Source: an uncultured Thermococci archaeon (GTDB lineage Archaea; Methanobacteriota_B; Thermococci; Thermococcales; Thermococcaceae). Taken from it: a DNA stretch of 64,000 nucleotides. The notes below the pieces were generated by a model. That model did no database searches and was not told where the DNA came from. It worked only from the letters and a program-made list of their open reading frames with translations. Both the position numbers and the translations under genes were made by a program. How positions within the stretch are numbered: position 1 is the first letter of the stretch; each line of letters opens with the position of its first letter. This document shows, piece after piece, positions 21,274-30,237 of this stretch. The stretch is from positions 1 through 64,000 of the forward strand of contig CAZTOS010000003.1 of the NCBI GenBank assembly GCA_964615185.1. The letters run 5' to 3'.

Positions 21274-21306
21274 AGTACAAATTTTTGTAGTACATTTTTC
21301 TGTACT
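21274..21306. promoter_or_regulatory. Tandem TACA-N6-TGTA palindromes (probable ArsR auto-operator)
   Basis: TACAaattttTGTA (21276-21289) and AGTACAtttttcTGTACT (21289-21306) lie between the minus-strand TATA (~21323-21330) and the ArsR start. Confidence 0.6.
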
Positions 21307-21754
21307 AAACTTGGGTGCTTAGTATATAAAAATTTATCGATTGAAAACTGAACATATCATTTTTGAGATATTTCACTTGCTGTTGCATATTCCTAATGAG
21401 CCCACGCTAATAAGGAGCAACTTTAGTGATACAGGTATTAGCCATTTATTCACTTATACTGAGAGCTTTTGTTAAATTCCAATAATAGCTGTAATAGGTC
21501 AGCTTTTTGAACATTCATATTTAACCAAAGTTTGATAAACAAACTTCCAAAGACTTATGACTGCTATTAGTGATGTAGCTCTAATCATTTTCGAAAATTT
21601 TTCGGAAGAGAGGAGAATATTTTTGAATAAATTGAAATTTCCACAGAATTTTAACATATTTTGAATAAATATTTTGTCCGTTTAGATGATTATGGAAAAA
21701 AAGCAAATAAATAGTAAGATCGCACTATAATGGGTACGAATTGAAAACCCTTAC

Positions 21755-21801
21755 AACCAAGAAGAGAGTGAGTTCCTACCTGAGCTCCTCTCTTCTTGGT
21801 T
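21755..21801. repeat. Perfect 14-bp inverted repeat / long hairpin
   Basis: AACCAAGAAGAGAG (21755-21768) and CTCTCTTCTTGGTT (21788-21801), with inner GAGTTC/GAGCTC pairing; abuts CTATATAAA. Confidence 0.85.
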
Positions 21802-21845
21802 ACGCTATATAAATTAAAAAAGTATAGATTTGGACGGTGTGATGT

Positions 21846-22259
21846 ATGGGATTTTTGAACAAACTGAAAGATGTGGCAGGCAAAATGGTTAAGCAACTCA
21901 AGTATGTTGAATTTGAGCTTACAGCAGAAGAACTTGCACAAAAGTGGGACAAAGTGAAATTCTACAGGCCTGAAGTGTTTGTAGATGAAAGATACAGTAA
22001 ATATTGGGCAGAAATTAATAGAGTTATCGAAAAGGAAGTCGAAGTTGGACTATTCCACAAATCCAAAAAGACTGTTGTTGAAATCGAATACACGCATATC
22101 TATGAAGAATATGAATATGAAGATGATGAAGAGGAAGGATGGTGGGAAGAGCGTAGGGAAATTGGGACACTGAAGTTAAGTCCTAAAGACAAAGTAAAGA
22201 TTCGCCTGACCGAAATGAAATATCAAGAAATGCTCCAGAAGGAGGGAAAAGTATTATAG
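21846..22259 (+). CDS. Hypothetical acidic protein with an N-terminal amphipathic helix
   Basis: GGTGTGA RBS, MGFLNKLKD start, EEYEYEDDEEE tract. Confidence 0.75.
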   Translation: MGFLNKLKDVAGKMVKQLKYVEFELTAEELAQKWDKVKFYRPEVFVDERYSKYWAEINRVIEKEVEVGLFHKSKKTVVEIEYTHIYEEYEYEDDEEEGWWEERREIGTLKLSPKDKVKIRLTEMKYQEMLQKEGKVL

Positions 22260-22272
22260 GAGATCGATTAAT

Positions 22273-22374
22273 ATGAAAAGAGAGGTATTGCTACTACCAG
22301 TCTTACTTTTTCTTTCATTCCCCCTTTCAGTTCCAAGTGCGTACATTAGCACAGATAAGTTGATAGAGTATTAA
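22273..22374 (+). pseudogene. Signal-peptide-only remnant or microprotein (33 aa)
   Basis: GGAG RBS followed by MKREVLLLPVLLFLSFPLSVPSAYISTDKLIEY*. Confidence 0.4.
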
Positions 22375-22429
22375 GAGGTGTTAGTACCTTATCAAGCGAT
22401 ATAGGGATTAAAGTGTATCCTGGGGGGAT

Positions 22430-23029
22430 TTGGGAGTGAAAGGAGGGAAAACTCTCTTTTTAATAGTTCTGCTTGGAATTGTTTTAGTTGTTAGTGGATG
22501 TACCCAAAACGGCATGCCCACTGAAACCCAAAAAACACAGAGTCGTGAAAGTATACTCCAGCAGACTACAACACAAACATCAACCACCACAACATCAACA
22601 GCAACGCAGACACCTCAGGTTAAGAAAGGCACTGAAACTGTCAGCATTTTCAACCAAACCTACGCCGTGAACATGTCCCTAATTCCTCCTGGATATCAGG
22701 AATGTCTTCAAAAAGCCCCTGAAGTTATCAAAGCATATTACAAGGCTGTGAAAAATGAACAACCGATCTTAGACTATTTTGACTTAAGAATAGTTGATAA
22801 TGAATCTCTTGCTGAGCTTCACAATGCCCTTTATCAGGCAGTTGATTTTTCAAAGCTTGAGATAAGCGAGCCGGAATGTGTTATGGCAAACACAGAGCTT
22901 GTCGCATGTAAGTATCACTATTCTGCAGAAATAACGAAAAACGGAGAAAGTAGAGGTATTGAAAGAAACTACATAACATTCCTATCATCAGATGAATGTA
23001 AGATAATCTGGACGGAGGAAGAAAAATGA
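22430..23029 (+). CDS. Predicted lipoprotein with Thr-rich linker and NTF2-like beta domain
   Basis: Lipobox LVVSGC, TTTQTSTTTTST linker, four Cys in the mature domain. Confidence 0.8.
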   Translation: MGVKGGKTLFLIVLLGIVLVVSGCTQNGMPTETQKTQSRESILQQTTTQTSTTTTSTATQTPQVKKGTETVSIFNQTYAVNMSLIPPGYQECLQKAPEVIKAYYKAVKNEQPILDYFDLRIVDNESLAELHNALYQAVDFSKLEISEPECVMANTELVACKYHYSAEITKNGESRGIERNYITFLSSDECKIIWTEEEK

Positions 23030-25659
23030 GGAAGATTGCCCTTTTACTCTTCTTGATGCTGATAACTACACCGCTGAAAGTCTCGGTAACTGCTCAGAGT
23101 CAAAGCATGTACATGGACACTGACGGAGACGGCCTTACTGATCGGGACGAGATAAATGTTTACAACACCCATCCTGCTCTGTTCGACACGGATGGTGATG
23201 GTCTCGGAGATGGCACTGAAGTCAAGCTTGGGACCAATTCCCGCTACGATGACACGGATGGGGACGGATTAGAGGATGGAGAGGAAATAAAGCTTGGCAC
23301 GAATCCCCTGCTTAAGGACACTGATGGAGACGGCTTATCGGACAAGTTTGAGCTCGTTGAGCTTCCCAAGATATATCATCTTCCGCCTTCCGACCCAACC
23401 AATCCAGATACTGATGGAGATGGTCTTAGCGACAAGTTCGAGTGGGAGTACAGGATAAAGGGACATATGGAGAGATACCTTAACCCTGATGAGGACGGAG
23501 ATGGCATCAAAGATGGAGATGAGATTTATACTATGATTGAAGGGAATAGTATCACTGAATATCACTGTGATTTAACAACGGACTGTGATGGAGACTTCAT
23601 CCCGGATAGTGAGGAACTTAAACTCGGCACGTTGCCATATTCACCCGATACGGATGGAGATGGCTTGTTTGATAATCTTGAGCTCAAGTTTGGTTCAAGT
23701 CCCTTCAGAAGGGACACTGACGGCGATGGCTTAACGGACTTTCAGGAGGTTCTTCCTAAGCTCATATATGAGTTCAAGCTAACTGAAAACATTACATCCA
23801 TTTTGGGAAGAGAACTTCCCAGCGATGAAGAATACACCTGGTGGGAAAGTTTTGTCAGTGATTATCTGAACACCACTGATATCTGTGTTCCAACGATGGA
23901 GGATCTCAAATCATATGTAAAGTTGAATAAATACCCCTTCAGCATCGTGGAAAGATACATCCATACTGGAATGCACAGCTATCTCGATCCCGTCTTTACG
24001 TCAGACTACAAAGAGAGATATACGAAAAACGAAGTACACATAGACAATGCGATCTGCTATTTCGGCATTCCAACAGACCCCACAAAGTACGACACGGATG
24101 GTGATGGGTTGAGCGATTATGAGGAGCTTCATTATACAGTTGGGATAGGATACTGCCCGGCTTTTTTCCCAGATAATAGGAGACCTCTTTTGCTTGATCC
24201 AAATGACCCAGATTCCGATGGAGATGGGATAATTGATTCCGTGGACCTCGTTCCCGTAGAGGATGACATAGATGGGGATAATCTGATTGAGCAGGACACC
24301 TGTGCATATCTCATGGATTGCGACGGTGATGGGTTAATTGACTACAAGGAGTACATTTTGAAAACTGACCCCAAAAATCCGGATACGGATGGTGACGGTT
24401 TAACTGATTATACAGAGGTTAGCACCACATGGACAGTAAACGGTAAAACCTCACACACTGATCCGCTCAACCCAGATACTGATGGAGATGGATTTACAGA
24501 TTATCAAGAATATAAAGCCGGAACCGTCCCAACAGACCCTGCACTACATCCCAAAACTCCCCCCACAGTTCAAAAGCCGAAATACAATAAAACTAAGGAG
24601 TTAAAAGCTCCTCCTAGATATGGGGGGAAGAAAATATATAACATTACAGTGACAGTAAATGGTAAAAAAGTTAAGCCTGGCTATTCAACACTGGTGATAG
24701 ACACAGATACCGTAACAATCGAGATTAAAGTAGCCCCCCTGAAGATTGTCAAAGATAATGGTACAGTAGAAGAACCAGTTCAAAAAATCGGATTTTGGTC
24801 ATCAGAAACCGGATATTCTGAAGTCCAAGGGAATACACTTACTAAAACATTTGTGCTTGAGAACTTTTCAAGAATAGGTATTGCATTTGAAGAGGTAAGT
24901 GTTACTGCCTATTATACGAATAATATGAAGACCCTGAATTACGGCATAACTTTCAAGTACAAGACTCTTCCAGAGGTTAAACTTGAGGAATCCAATTGGG
25001 ACAACAACCTCGACGTTGGAAAGCTCGTCTTTGAATGCAGGTTCTGTAAAAACGTCACAATTATAGTTCCTGGAGCGCTTGTCAATGGAAAGAAAAAGAG
25101 AGTCATTGAACTGGGAAGAACCATCCCGCTGAAGTATATTTATGCAAGAATAATCCCACACCGCTACACTGTTGCAAGTGAAAGCGATGTTGGAACGATT
25201 TACACGAAGTACGAGAACAGCGTGGAAGTTCTTAAGACTGGTAAAGACATCGGTCTTCTAACTGCTAAAGCCATTGAAGCCAAGAGCTTTGGTTCGAAGA
25301 TAATATACGGCATGGTTGCAACGGCAAAAGGAATAAAAACCATAATTGGTGGAGTTGAAACCTTCATTCCAGAGGAGGAAAACGCTGAGGTTGAAAAACC
25401 TGAAGGTGTCGATACTCCAACCTCAGCGAAGTTTGATAAAGAGGCATTTAAGAAGGGTGTTCTCAATATGATCAAAGAGAAGCTCATTGATGCGACTTTT
25501 GATTATGTCACTGAGAAAGCCGTTGAGTACGCTGATGCCAAAGAACTTGAAGCAAGAAGACATAAAACCACTTATCATGTGACGGTTAAAGCATGCAACG
25601 ACTTTGGCTGCAAGACATATGGTTTCACGGTGGAGGGGTATGCATATGAATTTGAATGA
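23026..25659 (+). CDS. Secreted protein with about 15 Ca-binding DxDGDG (bacterial TSP3-like) repeats and Ig-like C-terminal domains
   Basis: Signal peptide, repeated DTDGDGLxD units, Pro/Lys linker, beta-rich C-terminus. Confidence 0.88.
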   Translation: MRKIALLLFLMLITTPLKVSVTAQSQSMYMDTDGDGLTDRDEINVYNTHPALFDTDGDGLGDGTEVKLGTNSRYDDTDGDGLEDGEEIKLGTNPLLKDTDGDGLSDKFELVELPKIYHLPPSDPTNPDTDGDGLSDKFEWEYRIKGHMERYLNPDEDGDGIKDGDEIYTMIEGNSITEYHCDLTTDCDGDFIPDSEELKLGTLPYSPDTDGDGLFDNLELKFGSSPFRRDTDGDGLTDFQEVLPKLIYEFKLTENITSILGRELPSDEEYTWWESFVSDYLNTTDICVPTMEDLKSYVKLNKYPFSIVERYIHTGMHSYLDPVFTSDYKERYTKNEVHIDNAICYFGIPTDPTKYDTDGDGLSDYEELHYTVGIGYCPAFFPDNRRPLLLDPNDPDSDGDGIIDSVDLVPVEDDIDGDNLIEQDTCAYLMDCDGDGLIDYKEYILKTDPKNPDTDGDGLTDYTEVSTTWTVNGKTSHTDPLNPDTDGDGFTDYQEYKAGTVPTDPALHPKTPPTVQKPKYNKTKELKAPPRYGGKKIYNITVTVNGKKVKPGYSTLVIDTDTVTIEIKVAPLKIVKDNGTVEEPVQKIGFWSSETGYSEVQGNTLTKTFVLENFSRIGIAFEEVSVTAYYTNNMKTLNYGITFKYKTLPEVKLEESNWDNNLDVGKLVFECRFCKNVTIIVPGALVNGKKKRVIELGRTIPLKYIYARIIPHRYTVASESDVGTIYTKYENSVEVLKTGKDIGLLTAKAIEAKSFGSKIIYGMVATAKGIKTIIGGVETFIPEEENAEVEKPEGVDTPTSAKFDKEAFKKGVLNMIKEKLIDATFDYVTEKAVEYADAKELEARRHKTTYHVTVKACNDFGCKTYGFTVEGYAYEFE

Positions 25660-25700
25660 ACTTTCTTTTCTTTATTCCCCGTTGACGGGAGGTAGTGGGG

Positions 25701-28289
25701 ATGAGAAAAGCCCTGCTGGTGTTGTTGTTAGTGGGTATAGTGTTAGTAGCTGGATGTATGGGTGGAACAACTGAAAAAACAGCATCCGGAGAGGAAACTG
25801 GAACGGTAAGTGAAACTCAAAAAGAAACATCCACAGTTCAAGAAAGCCCAGGAGAAGTCATGCAAACAACAACACCAGAAACCACTTCACAGCCCCAAGA
25901 AAGAACCACAGATATAGCTGATATTGGAACTAAAGCTCATATTAGACTCTTCAACTCCAGCGGTTTAGCTGGAATTGAGGTTCACGTTGACGGTGCCACG
26001 TGGGTGAGCAACGGCAACGCCTACAACACGCTCTTTGACTACGCCCCGATGTTTTACTCGGGAGGAAACCTCTACATTTACCAGTACGTCGACGAGAGCT
26101 TTTCGCAGGTGTACACGGACGGCACCTTAGAGGTTTATCCCTTCATCGTCCTCAAGATGCCAGTTAACGGGGTGGAGTTCACCTTCGCCGGCCCGCAGGA
26201 CTCAATACTAACCGTTGGGACCGACGGAAAGCTCTACCTCATCGTGTACGACTTAGATGAAAGGAAAAACTGGCCGAGCGACGATGACAAGAAGATTGTC
26301 TACTTCTACAAGACCAAACGAGTCGAGAGCTGGGATTTGAACGTTAAACACGTGGCGGCGGGTTCTGAAAAGAACGATGAGTACGTCTACTACGTCGCAT
26401 GGAACGGCAACGAGGTTTATGTAATCGGCTGGGACTACGAGAATCTCCTCGACTTCACGAAGGGAGAAGGTCAGAAAGCCGAAGCCAAAAGGTTCTCCTT
26501 TGATAACGTAAGGGACGTCCTGATTGGAAAGCAGGGCATCTACGTCCTGAGCGGCGGAAAGCTCTACGTCATGAACACAGTTGATGGGCCGGATGGAGTT
26601 GAGGTCTCAGCGGAATTTGACGTCGGTGAAAACGCCCAGCTATCGCTTGATGAAGGAGGCGACTACGACCTTGTTTCGCTCTACGACGGGAAGACCCTCA
26701 AGCTGATGGTCTTTGAGGACGGAAAACTCGACGAGGACTATCAGGCTGAGATTAAGCTCGAAGGGTACGAGAGCGTTTACGTCTACCTCCCGAGCAGTGG
26801 GGTTGAGTTCGTGGCGCTGAAAGGGAACAGGGCTTACTTCTACACCTTCGACTTCACTTATCGCGAAACGACTCTGGCCGGGTACCTCGACCTCCCAGTC
26901 AAGCCGGTGTGGGCCTCAGGTTACATTGACGGCTGGGATGTAGGAGTCATAACCTTCTGGGGCGACGATGGGAAGTACTACAGGCTGTTCGAGGTTCTAA
27001 AGACGAGCGAGGGTGAATCTCAGAGTGGTGAATCCGAAGGCACGGCCGGGGAGTCAGGGGGCTCGGGGACTTCATCCGGAACTTCAGGAGAATCAGGAGG
27101 GAGCACTTCAACAGGAACTCCAGAAAGCGGGCAGGGAACAGAGGCCTCTTTTGAAGGGCAACTCAAAAACTTCCTTGAAAACGCCTACACGGTGGAAGGG
27201 CTCGTTTACAGCAGAGACGGCTACAACTACAGGGGAGTGAAGATAACCCCCAAGACAGGCAAACTGTACTACTTCCCGTACGGCGATGAAAGCGTTCTGT
27301 TCCTCATTGAGTGTGATAAAGTTATCTGGATAGTTCCATGGGACCTCGACTTCTTCGAGGGGAGTACGGATAATCCCCGCATAGACCCCCACAATACCGG
27401 GAGTGTGAGGCTTATACTTCTTCCAGCGAGGGCAAGGCTCTACTACTCGGTCCCTAATGATGACATTGCGATGATGGTTGACAAGAGCGGGAAGCTCCAC
27501 ATCCTCGCAGGCTGGGAGGAGAGGCACTCAGAGAACGACGTTGTGTGGGAAACCTTCAAAGGCGACGCTGTTTACGACTTCGACGCAGAAGGACTCTCAA
27601 TATACCCATCCTACTGGGATAACCACGAATTCATAGTCTGGAAGGGCACTGAGCTGAGGGTTTACATCTACGACGGCGACACTCTGTTCCACAAGCTGAA
27701 AGAAGGAATCAACGTAACCGTTGAACCCAAGGTCTACACCCTGCCAGAGAGGATTAGGGAAGTTAACCCATATTTACCAGATGACTTCATCGTCGTTCTA
27801 ACGGAGGGAGGAACGTACCTCATTCCAGATCCCCTCGGACATTACAGTGAAGACACCAACGTTTACAGGATAGACGACCGCGTGGATTTAATTGGGGCCT
27901 ACCACTACTGGTATCTGGACGAACTGCTCGCCTACTCAAACGGTCAGCTCTACGGCCTTGCACCAGACTACTCGGACACCGAGAGGAAGATGACCATCGA
28001 AAAGGGACCCTACGTTTCCATATCAAACGTTGTCGGCCTCTACGGGGATAATGACCAGGATGAGCACTTTGCACTCTCAACATCTGACGGAACGCTCATG
28101 GTTTATCAGCGCACATGGAACAATCAGAGGCAGGCCTATGAGTTTGCCCTCAGGAAGACGTTCTACCTCCCGGCACCACTTGTGAAGTTCACCTTCGACT
28201 ACAGGCCGGAATGGGACTGGATTAAGGTGCTTGGCTTGGGAGCTGATGGCTCCTTCTACAACTTCGAGATACAGGGAGGTGGTAGCTGA
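25701..28289 (+). CDS. Large lipoprotein with two tandem homologous beta-propeller-like domains
   Basis: Lipobox LVAGC, T/E linker, central G/S/E linker; the two halves share motifs. Confidence 0.8.
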   Translation: MRKALLVLLLVGIVLVAGCMGGTTEKTASGEETGTVSETQKETSTVQESPGEVMQTTTPETTSQPQERTTDIADIGTKAHIRLFNSSGLAGIEVHVDGATWVSNGNAYNTLFDYAPMFYSGGNLYIYQYVDESFSQVYTDGTLEVYPFIVLKMPVNGVEFTFAGPQDSILTVGTDGKLYLIVYDLDERKNWPSDDDKKIVYFYKTKRVESWDLNVKHVAAGSEKNDEYVYYVAWNGNEVYVIGWDYENLLDFTKGEGQKAEAKRFSFDNVRDVLIGKQGIYVLSGGKLYVMNTVDGPDGVEVSAEFDVGENAQLSLDEGGDYDLVSLYDGKTLKLMVFEDGKLDEDYQAEIKLEGYESVYVYLPSSGVEFVALKGNRAYFYTFDFTYRETTLAGYLDLPVKPVWASGYIDGWDVGVITFWGDDGKYYRLFEVLKTSEGESQSGESEGTAGESGGSGTSSGTSGESGGSTSTGTPESGQGTEASFEGQLKNFLENAYTVEGLVYSRDGYNYRGVKITPKTGKLYYFPYGDESVLFLIECDKVIWIVPWDLDFFEGSTDNPRIDPHNTGSVRLILLPARARLYYSVPNDDIAMMVDKSGKLHILAGWEERHSENDVVWETFKGDAVYDFDAEGLSIYPSYWDNHEFIVWKGTELRVYIYDGDTLFHKLKEGINVTVEPKVYTLPERIREVNPYLPDDFIVVLTEGGTYLIPDPLGHYSEDTNVYRIDDRVDLIGAYHYWYLDELLAYSNGQLYGLAPDYSDTERKMTIEKGPYVSISNVVGLYGDNDQDEHFALSTSDGTLMVYQRTWNNQRQAYEFALRKTFYLPAPLVKFTFDYRPEWDWIKVLGLGADGSFYNFEIQGGGS

Positions 28290-28786
28290 TGGAAGCGCAA
28301 CTCATAGTCCCGGTGCAGGAGATAGCGAGGGGAAAGCCCAAGTTCGGAATATGGGCGGTAGTAGGGGAAAAAGTCTACTACATCAGAATGAAGGAGGGAA
28401 CGTGGGGCGACGCCCTCAAAAGGGGTCTGATGTATGGGGGAGCGTACATCTCAATCTACACCGCCGCCAAAGCGAGAGAGGAATACGAAGAGGCAGTCAG
28501 GAACTACCTGTCATCCCTTGAGCTTCCCCCAAACTTCGTGGAGCACATAGACGACTACGCCAGGGAAAGCGCCAGAAGCTTTGTGGCAAGAGTTGAAGAG
28601 ACCTCAGTAAAGCGCGGAAAGGGCTTTCTGGGCAACGAGGCCAGCGGCCAGACCCCAGTCGAGCTTAAAGCTCCGAACGGCTCGATAAAGTTCTATGTCG
28701 CCACGGAGACCTTTGAAAAAATAAAACCGACGCTCCAAGCACTGCCCTTTAGGGAGTACAAGGAAGCAAGGCTCTGGGTTTTCTGA
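28289..28786 (+). CDS. Hypothetical protein
   Basis: GGAGGTG RBS, TGATG overlap with the upstream gene, same GC-rich codon style. Confidence 0.75.
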   Translation: MEAQLIVPVQEIARGKPKFGIWAVVGEKVYYIRMKEGTWGDALKRGLMYGGAYISIYTAAKAREEYEEAVRNYLSSLELPPNFVEHIDDYARESARSFVARVEETSVKRGKGFLGNEASGQTPVELKAPNGSIKFYVATETFEKIKPTLQALPFREYKEARLWVF

Positions 28787-28889
28787 GGTTTTCCGCTCTC
28801 TTTTCTTTTTATCATACTGTGTAATTCTTAACTGGCTTAAAACCCAAAATCGAAACTAAAACCTAAGAATTAAAAAGAAAAATTAAAAC

Positions 28890-29040
28890 TCATTCAATCT
28901 TTGCTCCACAAATGGGGCAGAAGGTTGTATGAGTTGAGAGAATAAGAACCATTCTAAGCTCAGTAGCGACCTGCTTTACAGTATCAAGTTGCATGACATA
29001 CTGGACATTTTCAGTCTCCATAATCTAATAATCTCTGCCT
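28890..29040 (-). pseudogene. Decayed small zinc-ribbon gene
   Basis: KCPVCH in one frame and FCPICGAKIE* in another, with stops and a frameshift between them. Confidence 0.35.
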
Positions 29041-29073
29041 CCACTCACCCCTCGTGTTAACACCTTCAATCTG

Positions 29074-29447
29074 CTGACCTCCTCCCCGCCCTGAAGGGTT
29101 TAACCCCTTGCCAGTGGTGGGGAGGTTTGCGGGCTCATAACCTACTCGCGTTACCACTTTCGGTTCAGCCCGCAGGCCCGGTCTAAGGCCCATTACCCCT
29201 ACTGCGCAGAGCGGCTCAGGGTTATCGTCTCAGAGGCCACCTCACAGGGTTTCAACTACCGAGAGGCAATTTTGAAAGGACGCTTAACAGCGTCATCCCT
29301 CCAATGGCGGAGGGACACGATAAACCCCTTGAAGGGGTATCTGACGGTGGCCTCTCCGAGGCCCTATTACGTTCAAGAGTTTAAAAAGGTTTCTATTCGA
29401 ATGCCGATTTTAGAATCACTGCATCCCCGCCCCGAGGCTTTCACGAG
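29074..29447 (-). mobile_element. Non-autonomous IS200/IS605-derived element lacking tnpA/tnpB, with an internal promoter and GC-rich structured RNA
   Basis: On the minus strand: left end TTTAC|CTCGTGAAAGCCTCGGGGCGGGGATGCAG and right end CCCTTCAGGGCGGGGAGGAGGTCAG. Internal BRE/TATA GAAACCTTTTTAAA (~29380-29393), several GC hairpins, no credible ORF. Confidence 0.75.
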
Positions 29448-29472
29448 GTAAATACCAAAAGCGTTTTGAACG

Positions 29473-30138
29473 TTAATACATGCCCAACCTTTTGACCAAC
29501 TCCACGAGCTCATTAAGGTTTTTAACATGGTAGTCAGCTTCCTCTACAAAATTGTCGAATCTTAGAACCTGAACTGCCCTAATTTCCGCTCTATGTGCTG
29601 CTTCCACATCCAGCTTACTGTCCCCAACAACAAGAACTTCATTAGGAGAGACATTCAAAGCTTTGAGAGTTTTCTGGATCAAATACGGGTTTGGTTTTAC
29701 ACCATTGAGGTATGAGTAGTCTTTGCCAAAAACTACCTCAAAGTAATTTTTCAGGTCAAATAGCTCCAACACGAACTCTGTGCATTTTTGAGAAGCATTG
29801 CTTACAGCGGCAAGCTTTAATCCCATTGTTTTTAACTCAGAGAGGGCTTGAGGGACATCTGGAAAGATCTTAATCTTGCCTTCTTTCGCTAATACCTTCC
29901 GATATTTAAGGTTCACATTATCAACAAGCTTCCAGAATTCTACATGGTCAATTCCAAGCTTTTCAACATAACTTCGAGGGAGAATTCCCTTAACCATCTT
30001 CCTATATGTCTCAAAATCCACATTTATATCATACTGTTTGAATGCGGGCTCGAGATATCTGTTAAACCACTCCTTTGCATCATAGCTTTCGTAGTACACA
30101 AGAGTTTCGTCAACGTCAAAGATTAACGCCTTAATCAA
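29473..30138 (-). CDS. HAD-superfamily hydrolase (subfamily IA)
   Basis: FDVDETL, SN, KP and GDSxxD motifs. Probable TTG start at 30138 after GAGGTG. Confidence 0.9.
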   Translation of the reverse strand: MIKALIFDVDETLVYYESYDAKEWFNRYLEPAFKQYDINVDFETYRKMVKGILPRSYVEKLGIDHVEFWKLVDNVNLKYRKVLAKEGKIKIFPDVPQALSELKTMGLKLAAVSNASQKCTEFVLELFDLKNYFEVVFGKDYSYLNGVKPNPYLIQKTLKALNVSPNEVLVVGDSKLDVEAAHRAEIRAVQVLRFDNFVEEADYHVKNLNELVELVKRLGMY

Positions 30139-30145
30139 TTTGCAC

Positions 30146-30200
30146 ACCTCAGACAAGACCGATATCATCATTATTCAGCCGGTTGATCCTTCATCATTGG
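30146..30200 (-). ncRNA. C/D-box 2'-O-methylation guide sRNA
   Basis: ATGATGA-aggatcaaccgg-CTGA-ata-ATGATGA-tatcggtcttgt-CTGA gives canonical C, D', C', D boxes with two 12-nt guides. The D' guide is complementary to the archaeal 16S 5' end CCGGUUGAUCCU. Confidence 0.93.
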
Positions 30201-30237
30201 CCAAGAAAAATTAAAAGAAAGAAGTTAAAAAACTTTT

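Noticed and set aside
23116..24510. Recurring GACACGGATGGTGATGG-like DNA repeats as a possible CRISPR or tandem array
   Set aside because: They are degenerate, in-frame, irregularly spaced codons for DxDGDG protein repeats. I saw no CRISPR array or cas genes in the window.
29011..29193. 60-aa ORF inside the IS605-derived element
   Set aside because: No TnpA/TnpB motifs; a chance frame in GC-rich structured sequence.
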